This document shows positions 15,785 through 23,958 of a stretch of 32,000 bases of DNA, in pieces. This DNA is from Candidatus Iainarchaeum sp. (GTDB lineage Archaea; Iainarchaeota; Iainarchaeia; Iainarchaeales; JACQJH01), in assembly GCA_016205145.1 (NCBI GenBank), contig JACQJH010000002.1:480001-512000 (forward strand), in the 5' to 3' direction. The position numbers were made by a program, and so were the translations under genes. The first letter of the stretch is position 1, and the number at the start of each line of letters is the position of its first letter. The notes under the pieces were generated by a model. That model was not told the origin of the DNA and made no database searches. It was given only the letters and a program-made list of their open reading frames with translations.

Positions 15785-16234
15785 ATGAAATCAGGCGTTT
15801 TCGCGTTTTTTATGCTGATGCTGGCACTTTCGGCATGCGTTGCGCCCGCCCAAAACAAATCAACAGCCGCAGGCGCCTGCCTTGAAAACGGGAAATGCAT
15901 TGACATCAGGATTGCGGATTCCGCTCAGGAACGGGAGCAGGGCTTGATGTTCGAAAAAAGCCTGCCGGAAAGCGGAGGCATGCTGTTCGTTTTCGAAAAC
16001 GAAGGCCCGCACGCTTTCTGGATGAAAAACACGCTGATTCCCCTTGACATCATCTGGCTTGACACAGAAGGCAAAATAGTTTTCATGAGAGAAAACGCTT
16101 TGCCGTGCAGGGAAGAGCCATGTGAAACATTTTTCCCGGACGCAAACGCCAGGTTCGTTCTGGAAACCAATTCAGGCTTTGCGGAAAAAAACGGCCTGGA
16201 AAAAGGGCGGAAAATTTCAATCAGCATTGGCTGA
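15785..16234 (+). CDS. DUF192-family secreted protein with lipobox-like signal peptide
   Basis: Signal MKSGVFAFFMLMLALSAC matches the L-S-A-C lipobox pattern. The core GLMFEKSLPESGGMLFVF...FWMKNTLIPLDIIWLD is typical of DUF192 (COG1430). Confidence 0.6.
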   Translation: MKSGVFAFFMLMLALSACVAPAQNKSTAAGACLENGKCIDIRIADSAQEREQGLMFEKSLPESGGMLFVFENEGPHAFWMKNTLIPLDIIWLDTEGKIVFMRENALPCREEPCETFFPDANARFVLETNSGFAEKNGLEKGRKISISIG

Positions 16235-17041
16235 GCCCTGCGCTTTCAGGCACGCGCCTATCGCGGTTGCGATTCCTGCGTTTTTAGGAAAAACCAGATT
16301 TTTGCTGTAATAGCCGGCAACGGTCTGCATGCGTTTCCTGAACCCTTTGACTTCAGGGGTTTTCCCGACAACGACAATTTCATCCAAGCCTGCCGCGCGG
16401 CTGGCAAAAATTATCGAGACCGCGTTCACTTCAGCAACCATCTTCACGAGCGCTGCCGCAGCGTCCTCTTTTTTGGATGATGAAAGCTTCGCAAAATTCG
16501 AGCCTGTCGCGCCGACCGGAACAACGCCTATGCCTTTGCCCATGATGTCGCCGACTGACAAATCGATTTTTTGCGCTCTGCCTTTTGCCGCAAGCGCCTC
16601 CAATTCAAAAACGTTTTTGGCGCCAAGCAGAAGACTTGCGAGGCCGAGCAGCGTTCCGCCGCCAACTCCGGTGCCGCCAAAATGCCTTGACTTCCCGTTC
16701 CGCATTTCAACTATGCAGGTGCCCGTGCCGAGGCTTGCAACCAAACAGCTCTTTTTGCCCGCAAGGAACGCGCCGCCCAGGCCGATCGCATCGATTTCGG
16801 AAACGTGCCTGACAGGAACGCCGAAAACCTTTTTGCCGTGCAATTGCATTGACCTTCCGCCGGTGACCGCAACCGCCCGTATTTTTTCAAACGGCATGCC
16901 GAGCGATTTCAGGAATTTTTGCATGCCGCGCACGGGCATTGCAGGAAAACTCCACGAACGCACGATTTTTCGTTTGCCGAACAGCACTATGTCAGTCGTC
17001 GAAGCGCCGAAGTCAATTCCCAAGACAAATAGTTTGCCCAT
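16217..17041 (-). CDS. coaW: Type II pantothenate kinase (CoaW / fumble-like)
   Basis: Blocks align with the staphylococcal type II enzyme: GIDFGASTTD, VTGGRS, ASLGTGTC, GGTGVGGGTLLGL, IDLSVGDI, VVVGKT, ATAIGA. Confidence 0.7.
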   Translation of the reverse strand: MGKLFVLGIDFGASTTDIVLFGKRKIVRSWSFPAMPVRGMQKFLKSLGMPFEKIRAVAVTGGRSMQLHGKKVFGVPVRHVSEIDAIGLGGAFLAGKKSCLVASLGTGTCIVEMRNGKSRHFGGTGVGGGTLLGLASLLLGAKNVFELEALAAKGRAQKIDLSVGDIMGKGIGVVPVGATGSNFAKLSSSKKEDAAAALVKMVAEVNAVSIIFASRAAGLDEIVVVGKTPEVKGFRKRMQTVAGYYSKNLVFPKNAGIATAIGACLKAQGSANAD

Positions 17042-17058
17042 TTATCAGTTTCAGCCCT

Positions 17059-18552
17059 TTACGCATTTTCCTGCACGAACTGCACCAGGAGCCTCACGCC
17101 GAATCCCGTCGCCCCGACCCAGGAGTATTGTTTCGGCGCCTTTTCGTTCCACGCAGTTCCCGCAATGTCCAAATGCACCCACGGCGTTTCGCCGACGAAT
17201 TTTGAAAGGAAGCCCGATGAGACGATCATGTCCGCAAACATGCTTTTGCCCAGATTTCTTACATCCGCAACGTCGCTTTTCGTCTGCTCCTTGTATTCGT
17301 CATACAACGGCATTCTCCAGACGCGCTCGAAAATCTCCTGGCCGGTTTCAAACATTTTTTCCGCGAACTTGTCGTTGTTCGAAACCATGCCCGCGACAAA
17401 ATCGTCGAAAGTGCCGATGCAGCTTCCCGTGAGGGTTGCCGCGTCAACAATGAGCTTGGGCTTGATTTTTTCCGACGTGAACGCAAGCGCGTCCGCGAGA
17501 ATAAGCCTTCCCTCGGCGTCAGTGTCAGCCACTTCGACGGTTTTGCCGGAATAAGACTTGATTATGCTGCCCGGCTTGTAGGATTTCGCGCCGACCGCGT
17601 TTTCGACTATCGGCAAAACCGCGACGACGTTCACTTTCGCCTTCAGCTCAGCCAGGGATTTCACCGCCGCAAACATTGTTGCCGCGCCGGCCATGTCAAG
17701 CTTCATGTCCTTCATGTCCCTTGTCTTTATGTCCAAGCCGCCTGTGTCGAATGTTACCCCTTTGCCGACCAGAGCAATTTTGTCCTTTTTTGACTTGTTG
17801 CCGTTGTATTCCAATATGAGCATTCTTGGCGGGAATTCCGCGCCCTTGCCCACTGCAAGAATGAGGTTGAAGCCCTGCTTTGCAAGCTGTTGCGCCGTGA
17901 GTTCCCTGCATGAAACCCTCGCCCTTTTCGCCAAAGCCTTTATCTGCCTTGAAAACGTTTCGGTGTTCTTCTGCCAGGGGCTCTCGTTGACCATGTCGCG
18001 CACAAGGCAGACGTTGCTGCACACTATCGCGGTTTCCTTCACCGCCCTTTGCGCGGCGGCAATGTCCCCGGACTTCAGGATGACGGTAAAGGTTTTCACG
18101 TTGGAGCGCTCCTTCGCATCCTCAAGCAGATATTTGTCGAAACTGTAATGGCCGAGAATGGCGCCTTCAGTGATTGCCTGCAGTTCCTTTCCCTTTCCCT
18201 CGCCGAAGCCCTCAAGCGGGAACGCAACGGACGGATGCTCTATGCCGAGGCTTCTGCATGCCCTTGCAACGATTGCCGAAGCCTTGCGCAGCTTTTCAAG
18301 CGACAGCTCCTTCCTCTTGCCGAGGCCGAGCAAAAAAACGTTTTTTATTTTAGGAAGCGGTGCATTCGGAATGAGAAAGGCCTGGCCGTCCTTTCCTTCA
18401 AAGCCCTTTTTCGGAAGCGCCGCCTTGAACCTTGAAAAAAAGCCGTTGCCGGATTTTTTGAGTTCCTTCAGCTTTTCCTCTGAAACAAAAATTGCAAGCA
18501 GTTCAGTTTCCGCTTTTTCAAAATCCCCGGACTTGACGCGAACCTCGACCAT
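17059..18552 (-). CDS. pepA: Leucyl aminopeptidase, M17 family
   Basis: Has VGKGVTFDTGG, DMKLDMAGAA, VADTDAEGRLILADAL and HLDIAG motifs. SD GGTGG at 18559-18563. Confidence 0.85.
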   Translation of the reverse strand: MVEVRVKSGDFEKAETELLAIFVSEEKLKELKKSGNGFFSRFKAALPKKGFEGKDGQAFLIPNAPLPKIKNVFLLGLGKRKELSLEKLRKASAIVARACRSLGIEHPSVAFPLEGFGEGKGKELQAITEGAILGHYSFDKYLLEDAKERSNVKTFTVILKSGDIAAAQRAVKETAIVCSNVCLVRDMVNESPWQKNTETFSRQIKALAKRARVSCRELTAQQLAKQGFNLILAVGKGAEFPPRMLILEYNGNKSKKDKIALVGKGVTFDTGGLDIKTRDMKDMKLDMAGAATMFAAVKSLAELKAKVNVVAVLPIVENAVGAKSYKPGSIIKSYSGKTVEVADTDAEGRLILADALAFTSEKIKPKLIVDAATLTGSCIGTFDDFVAGMVSNNDKFAEKMFETGQEIFERVWRMPLYDEYKEQTKSDVADVRNLGKSMFADMIVSSGFLSKFVGETPWVHLDIAGTAWNEKAPKQYSWVGATGFGVRLLVQFVQENA

Positions 18553-18601
18553 CCAATACCACCTTCAAAAAAAGAAAGCCGCACATTTTTAAAAGCCAAC
18601 A

Positions 18602-19453
18602 TCATGCGGGAACGGAAACGGCAAGGTTGTCTATGAGCCTTGTCTTTCCGATGCGGCACGCGCAAAGCAAAACAGCCCCGCCTCGGATTTCCTTCAGCTC
18701 CGACAAATCCTTGGCATCGCGCACGGCGAAATACTCGGGCTTTGCCAGCGGCTCTTTCCCAAAAAAGCCTTTTGCAAAACCTTCAACCTCTGCGGGGCTT
18801 TTTTCGCCCGCCAGAATTTTTTCCTTTCCAGCGTTGAGCGCGCGGAACAAAACAGTTGCCGCTTTCCTCTCCCGCGCATCCAGGCGCGCGTTCCTGCTCG
18901 AAAGTGCCAAACCGTCTTTTTCGCGCACTGTCGGGCACACGACAACCGTGACAGGCAGGCTATGCGCGCGGACCATTTCTTTGACAACCAAAAACTGCTG
19001 ATAATCCTTATGGCCGAAGTACGCCTTGCCCGGAGAAACAATTTCGAAAAGCCTTTTGACGACCGCGCACACGCCCGCAAAATGCCCCGGCCGGAATTTT
19101 CCCTCAAGCGTTTCCGCAACGGCGGGCGGCTTTACATCGGCATTGGTGCCGTGCGGATAGATTTCCTTTTCGGTTGGCGCGAAAACAAAATCAACTTTTT
19201 CCTTTTCCAGCAGGCCGAGGTCTCTTTGCAAATCGCGCGGATAATTTTTCAGATCGCTCTTGTCGTTGAACTGCATCGGATTCACAAAAATCGACACTAC
19301 GCAAAAATCGTTTTCCTGCCGGCATTTGCGCACCAATGACAAATGGCCTTCGTGCAAGGCGCCCATTGTGGGAACGAAGCCGACGCTTTTTCCCGGCTCA
19401 TTCAGACGGGCGGCAGCCGCACGCATTTCCTGCGCGGATTTTACGACCTGCAT
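18602..19453 (-). CDS. panC: Pantoate--beta-alanine ligase (pantothenate synthetase)
   Basis: Has FVPTMGALHEGHLSLV plus FVNPMQF and GHKDYQQ motifs. Confidence 0.85.
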   Translation of the reverse strand: MQVVKSAQEMRAAAARLNEPGKSVGFVPTMGALHEGHLSLVRKCRQENDFCVVSIFVNPMQFNDKSDLKNYPRDLQRDLGLLEKEKVDFVFAPTEKEIYPHGTNADVKPPAVAETLEGKFRPGHFAGVCAVVKRLFEIVSPGKAYFGHKDYQQFLVVKEMVRAHSLPVTVVVCPTVREKDGLALSSRNARLDARERKAATVLFRALNAGKEKILAGEKSPAEVEGFAKGFFGKEPLAKPEYFAVRDAKDLSELKEIRGGAVLLCACRIGKTRLIDNLAVSVPA

Positions 19454-19481
19454 GGAATAAAGCTTGCGGAAAAAGGATTTT

Positions 19482-20297
19482 TTAATAGCTGTATTTTTTG
19501 CTTGGAAATTTCCCGCTTTTTACCTGATTGCCGAATTTTTCCGCTGCGCCGGAAATCTTTCCCCCGAGGTTGTCGAACCGCTTCACGAATTTCGGCTGGA
19601 AATCCGGCAGCAGGCCGAGAATGTCGTGCAGCACCAAAACCTGTCCATCACAGTGCCTTCCCGCGCCGATGCCGATTGTCGGAATGGCAAGGCAGTTAGT
19701 GATTTTTTTTGCGAGGCCGGACGGAACGCATTCCAGAACAAGCGCGAAACAGCCTTCCCTTTCAAGGCAGAGCGCGTCCTGCATAATTTTTTCCGCTTCT
19801 TCGGCATTCCTGCCTTTCACGGAAAAGTTTTCCGCTGTCTGCGGAGTCAGGCCGAGATGGCCGATGACCGGAATGCCGGCATCGCGGATGGCTTTTGCTA
19901 TGCCATCGGAAAAGCCTTCAATTTTCACGCAATGGCAGCCTGCTTCCGAGAATTTTTTCGCGTTCTCGCCTGCAAGGTTTGAGTTCGTGAAAGAGCCGAA
20001 CGGCATGTCCCCGATCACAAAGGATTTTTTGCACGCCCTTGCGACAGCCGCGGAATGCCGGAGCATTGTTTCCATTGAAACCGTCGAGGTTTTCGGCTCG
20101 CCGTAAACCACGTTGTTCAGGGAATCTCCGACAAGCAGGGCGTCAACCTTCGCGTCGACAAGCCGTGCAAAGGCATGGTCGTAGCAGGCAAGCACGGAGA
20201 TTTTTTCGCCGGACTTCTTCATTTCGGCAAACTTTTCGGAAATGTGCATGAAAAGCTTGTGCTGGAACAATTTGAAAAAGCTATTTGTCCCGCTCAC
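19482..20297 (-). CDS. panB: 3-methyl-2-oxobutanoate hydroxymethyltransferase
   Basis: Has ISVLACYD...LLVGDSLNNVVYG...DMPFGS...VKIEG...GHLGLTPQ. GTG 20297 overlaps the PCNA-B stop (GTGA). The alternative start is ATG 20249. Confidence 0.85.
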   Translation of the reverse strand: MSGTNSFFKLFQHKLFMHISEKFAEMKKSGEKISVLACYDHAFARLVDAKVDALLVGDSLNNVVYGEPKTSTVSMETMLRHSAAVARACKKSFVIGDMPFGSFTNSNLAGENAKKFSEAGCHCVKIEGFSDGIAKAIRDAGIPVIGHLGLTPQTAENFSVKGRNAEEAEKIMQDALCLEREGCFALVLECVPSGLAKKITNCLAIPTIGIGAGRHCDGQVLVLHDILGLLPDFQPKFVKRFDNLGGKISGAAEKFGNQVKSGKFPSKKYSY

Positions 20298-21040
20298 TCT
20301 GATTCTATGCGCGGCGCAAGGAAATAGGTTATGTCGGCCTTGCCGACCTTGTAGTTGACCTGGATGGGCGCGTTTGTTTTGAGGAAAACCTTGACTTCGG
20401 TGTCAGAGGAAGCGGTTTTGAGCATGTCGGAAAGGTAGTCCAACGGGAACATGCTTTTAGCCTCGTCTTTCACTTTCATTTCGGTTATCGCCTTGTCGTC
20501 CTTCTGGGTTTCGCTGTTCAGTTCGCCCTTGCTTGAATGCGCCCTGACAAAAAACTTTTTGTTCTCGATGCCCAACGAAACGTGCGTTGAAATGAGCGCG
20601 GAATCCTTGAGCGCGTCCTGCAGGACCGAAGCCTTCATTGAAAGTTCCGCGTCGAAGTCTATGCGCGGACTCGGCAATTCGGAAGCGGAAATGTCTATCA
20701 AAGGCATGGAAAATTTTCTCACGGAAGAGCCCTTGAACGTGACGCTCAGATAGTTCTTGTCGTCCTCCAATGCCAGGTGCAGTTCGTCGCCGGCCTTCGA
20801 CCTGGACATTATCTGGCCCAGGTAATCGAGGTCCAGGCCGAGCTTGGTTTTGCCGTCCAAATCGAATTTTTTGAAGGAATCCTTTTTGAGCGAGAAGTCG
20901 ACCATTGAAATCTGGCTTGGGTCGGTCGCCCTCAATGACAAACCATTGGCGTCGAAGATGAATTCGGCCTCGTCGATCAGGACCGCGATTGAGTCGATGC
21001 ATTTCTTGAAATCGTCGGCCTTTTCGAGCACTACGTCCAT
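20294..21040 (-). CDS. pcn: DNA polymerase sliding clamp PCNA, paralog B
   Basis: 248 aa. Has ATDPSQISMVDF, VRKFSMPLIDIS, FPLDYLSDMLK and a canonical YFLAPRIE C-terminus. Confidence 0.8.
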   Translation of the reverse strand: MDVVLEKADDFKKCIDSIAVLIDEAEFIFDANGLSLRATDPSQISMVDFSLKKDSFKKFDLDGKTKLGLDLDYLGQIMSRSKAGDELHLALEDDKNYLSVTFKGSSVRKFSMPLIDISASELPSPRIDFDAELSMKASVLQDALKDSALISTHVSLGIENKKFFVRAHSSKGELNSETQKDDKAITEMKVKDEAKSMFPLDYLSDMLKTASSDTEVKVFLKTNAPIQVNYKVGKADITYFLAPRIESE

Positions 21041-21062
21041 GAACAGATTTTACGGGAAGAGG

Positions 21063-21070
21063 TTTTAAAA
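21063..21070 (-). promoter_or_regulatory. TATA-like box (TTTTAAAA) for PCNA-B
   Basis: 22 nt upstream of ATG 21040. Confidence 0.4.
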
Positions 21071-21116
21071 AAAGAACTTAACCTCGTGGCAAAAATCTAC
21101 CCCGCAGGCACATGCA

Positions 21117-21222
21117 TACTCGGCGTGCCGCACAGCGGCACGCCTTGGCTCCGAACCAGCCGCAGTTGCGAAGCCAGCGCCATGCAATGCATGGTGCGCG
21201 TACCAGCCGGACGAGACGGCTG
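21117..21222 (+). repeat. Hairpin module array (tactcgg-H1 variant, H8, H3 variant)
   Basis: GGCGTGCCGC aca GCGGCACGCC (21122-21144). CCATGCA a TGCATGG (21180-21194). CAGCCG gacgaga CGGCTG (21204-21222). Lies 14 nt from the stop at 21237. Confidence 0.8.
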
Positions 21223-21236
21223 CGGACGGAAGCGGC

Positions 21237-22010
21237 TCAGCAAATCAGGTCGTAGTCCGCCGGCAGCCTTCCGGTCGAAGCGAGGCCGAGCAGGTTGTCG
21301 AAAATCCAGAGCTTTGCGCAGCCGAGCACAGGGATCTGGAAGATTGCCTTGCCCTGCACTTGAGAGGCGTTGACCGGATAGAGCGTGATGCATGCCTGCT
21401 GTGAAACGCCGTTCACGATTTTGCCGCAGTCCGCGTCAAGAGTGTAATTCTGCTCGCTGTCGCCTTTTGTCAGGAGAAACGTTCCATCATTTGCAGCGAG
21501 TTTTGCCACGACGCGGTGGATTATCGGCCTGCCTGACGGGACAGCCGTGTAAACGACAATCGACCCGGTCTTTTCAACCGGAATTGTTTTGCCGTCCTTG
21601 AAAACGATTTTTTTCGCCTGCGGAATGCCATTCTCCATTTCAAACCTCAGCGACGCGAAATCGGAAAAAGGCGTGTTCGAAAGGCTTTGGCTTGGCATGG
21701 AAACTTCCGTTGCCTTGATGCCGTCCGGTCCGGCGCCGGCAAGCATTATGATGTCGCCGCGATGGTACAACGGTTTCATGGAGCCGGAAACGACTATCAT
21801 GAAAGGCGATTGCGTCTGCAGGATCATGCCCGCAATAGTGTATGCGAGCCAAGCGAAAACGAATGCGGAAACGATGTAAACTATTGTCGAGATTGCCGCG
21901 TTGTTTTTCGGGTTGACTGCCGGCATGACAAAGAGGTCGACGTAGTGGAACGGATCGAGCCATTTCAGCTTCTGCAGGATTGCATGGAATGGGCTTTGCT
22001 TGGCCGGCAT
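21237..22010 (-). CDS. Signal peptidase I, archaeal/Sec11 type (S26B)
   Basis: N-terminal TM helix, then SGSMKPLYHRGDII (Ser box), IIHRVV (His box) and TKGDSEQNYTLD. Confidence 0.75.
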   Translation of the reverse strand: MPAKQSPFHAILQKLKWLDPFHYVDLFVMPAVNPKNNAAISTIVYIVSAFVFAWLAYTIAGMILQTQSPFMIVVSGSMKPLYHRGDIIMLAGAGPDGIKATEVSMPSQSLSNTPFSDFASLRFEMENGIPQAKKIVFKDGKTIPVEKTGSIVVYTAVPSGRPIIHRVVAKLAANDGTFLLTKGDSEQNYTLDADCGKIVNGVSQQACITLYPVNASQVQGKAIFQIPVLGCAKLWIFDNLLGLASTGRLPADYDLIC

Positions 22011-22036
22011 TTTTTCACGTCGGGCAGCCGGAAAGG

Positions 22037-22309
22037 CTACTTCGCCTTCTTTATTTCTTTCTTGAATTCGTCAAGCTTTTCGTCGACCCTTTTCAGGGCG
22101 TCGGAAAGCGCCTTTTTCGCCTGCTTGCCTTCCGTCTTCACAATGAACCTGCAGTCGTGGTCCATTGGATGATTGAGGGAATACGCCGCAAAGGACACTT
22201 TCTCGTCTTCCAGTAGGGCTTCCCTCAGGAGATTGGGGAAAGTGTGCCTTTCGCCCTTGATTATGAATTCGGCAGAATTGTCCGAAGAATTCAGCACTTC
22301 AAGTTCCAT
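22037..22309 (-). CDS. rpo11: DNA-directed RNA polymerase subunit L (Rpo11)
   Basis: 90 aa with the pattern ERHTFPNLLREALLEDEKVSFAAYSLNHPM. Confidence 0.8.
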   Translation of the reverse strand: MELEVLNSSDNSAEFIIKGERHTFPNLLREALLEDEKVSFAAYSLNHPMDHDCRFIVKTEGKQAKKALSDALKRVDEKLDEFKKEIKKAK

Positions 22310-22319
22310 TTATCGCACC

Positions 22320-22886
22320 TCATTTCAAAATATAATCTGAAGAAATTTTCCGCTGCTGCGTTGAGCCGCATGACAGGCATTTCAGGCCCTGGCCGAAAAG
22401 ATGCAGCGGCTGCCTGCATTCCGTGCAGTAAGCCTTTATCACGCCCAGTGAATCGTCATTCGTGCTCACGTCGATCGCGAAAGGCGAGACCATTTCGGCT
22501 TTCCCCTTGACAAGGTCGCCTATCCTGAAAAAGTCTTTCAGGCTTTTCACGTATTCGCGCGCTACCATCCTGACCGGAATCATTGCAACGCCGATGTGAA
22601 CTGCCTTCTTTTTGCCGTCCTTTTCAGCCGAAATGATGTCAATCAGCACGGATGAGTCCTTGACAAGCCTGACTTTGCCGTAAACTATCGAGCCCCTGTC
22701 AAGCAATGCAACTTCGCGCTTTTTTTCGACGTTGACTTCCTTGAACCTTTGGTCAAACGAGACAAGGCCGATGGAATTGGACAGGATTTCGCCCTCGCAT
22801 TCAAAGACGTTGCTGCCGGGAACGAATTCCTCGGCCGTCGACACGGCTTCGCCCGGCACGACGGGCTTTTGAGCATGTTTTTGCAT
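22320..22886 (-). CDS. csl4: Exosome complex RNA-binding subunit Csl4
   Basis: 188 aa from ATG 22886. N-terminal VVPGEAVSTAEEFVPG, a central S1-like domain, and a C-terminal zinc ribbon CTECRQPL...CLSCG. Lies 10 nt upstream of rpo11. Confidence 0.7.
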   Translation of the reverse strand: MQKHAQKPVVPGEAVSTAEEFVPGSNVFECEGEILSNSIGLVSFDQRFKEVNVEKKREVALLDRGSIVYGKVRLVKDSSVLIDIISAEKDGKKKAVHIGVAMIPVRMVAREYVKSLKDFFRIGDLVKGKAEMVSPFAIDVSTNDDSLGVIKAYCTECRQPLHLFGQGLKCLSCGSTQQRKISSDYILK

Positions 22887-23022
22887 TGTATAACCCCAAA
22901 AATGGCGTTTTTGCGTTTTTCGGCCTGACCAAAAAAAACAGCTGAAAAACCGCAAACCGCAGAGAAAACCATTAAAACTGGTTAATACTTTATAGAAATG
23001 GTAAGGAATTTAAAGGAACGGG

Positions 23023-23919
23023 TTGCCCTTGGTTTTGGAATCACTGATAGACACGGCCGCGGCAAAACGGCACCCTTTGGCCATTTTCCTGCTCGCCCTG
23101 GCCCTTTCCTCCGCGGCTTTCTGGATGGCATTTTTCACTTTCCCGGACTCGGCGAGCATACTGGCAATAGCATTCATCACCATAGCATTCGTGCCCATAA
23201 TCCACTCCATCCTGGCTGAAACCGAGGAAGAGGAAGCGTTGGTGCCAAGCTGGTCGGTCGGCTTCCTGAGAAGGCATTTCGACGTCATCAAGATTTACGC
23301 CTGGCTTTTCCTCGGCGTTGTCGTAAGCTATTCGTTCTGGTTCGTGATCCTTCCAGGCGACGTGCACGCATCATTCTTCCAGGTCCAGGAAAAGGAGCTT
23401 GGGAAAATCACCACCATGAAGTCCACGCTTTCCGGAAACGCAAGCGGCGTGAAAAGCGTTGCCGAAAAGTGCGGCAGGGAATTCAGCTGCTGGTTCAACG
23501 TCATTTTCGTGAACAATGCGACAGTCCTGTTCTGGGCCGTGCTGTTCTCATTTGCAATGGGCGCCGGCGCGATTTTCCTGATAAGCTGGAACGCATCAAT
23601 AATCGGAGTTGTCATCGGCCGTGACATAATGGCGTTGTCATCGGCTTATTCGAATCTGGGCGAATACAGCCTTGCCGCGGCATTCCTGCACGGCCTGTTC
23701 AATGCAATTGGCTTCATTCCGCACGGCTTGCCCGAGATAACGGGCTATTTTTTGGGCGCAATCGCCGGCGGCATAATCAGCGCCGCGATTTCCAAGAAAA
23801 AGTTCCGGACCCACGAATTTGAAATAGTCGCAAAGGACGCCGCAGTGCTGGTGATGGCCGGAATACTGCTGCTGCTTCTCGGCGCCGCAATAGAGGCAAG
23901 CATAATAGCGGCTGTTTAG
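23023..23919 (+). CDS. SpoIIM/DUF95-family integral membrane protein
   Basis: Has NNATVLFWAVLFSFAMGAGAIFLISWNASIIGVV and IPHGLPEITGYFLGAIAG. Apparent TTG start, with the TATA-like box TTTATAGA (22989-22996) 26 nt upstream. Confidence 0.55.
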   Translation: MPLVLESLIDTAAAKRHPLAIFLLALALSSAAFWMAFFTFPDSASILAIAFITIAFVPIIHSILAETEEEEALVPSWSVGFLRRHFDVIKIYAWLFLGVVVSYSFWFVILPGDVHASFFQVQEKELGKITTMKSTLSGNASGVKSVAEKCGREFSCWFNVIFVNNATVLFWAVLFSFAMGAGAIFLISWNASIIGVVIGRDIMALSSAYSNLGEYSLAAAFLHGLFNAIGFIPHGLPEITGYFLGAIAGGIISAAISKKKFRTHEFEIVAKDAAVLVMAGILLLLLGAAIEASIIAAV

Positions 23920-23926
23920 TCTTGCT

Positions 23927-23935
23927 AAAAAAAAA
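23927..23935 (-). terminator. Oligo-T (T9 in minus sense) terminator after the SPFH gene
   Basis: A9 on the plus strand lies within the 39-nt convergent spacer. A weak palindrome lies adjacent at 23936-23960. Confidence 0.45.
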
Positions 23936-23958
23936 GATGCAACGCACGTTTTGCAGCA

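Noticed and set aside
16329-17432. 367-aa plus-strand ORF
   Set aside because: It is antisense to the well-supported PanK and PepA genes. It has Pro/Ser/Arg/Thr-rich low-complexity composition typical of the antisense frame of GC-biased genes.
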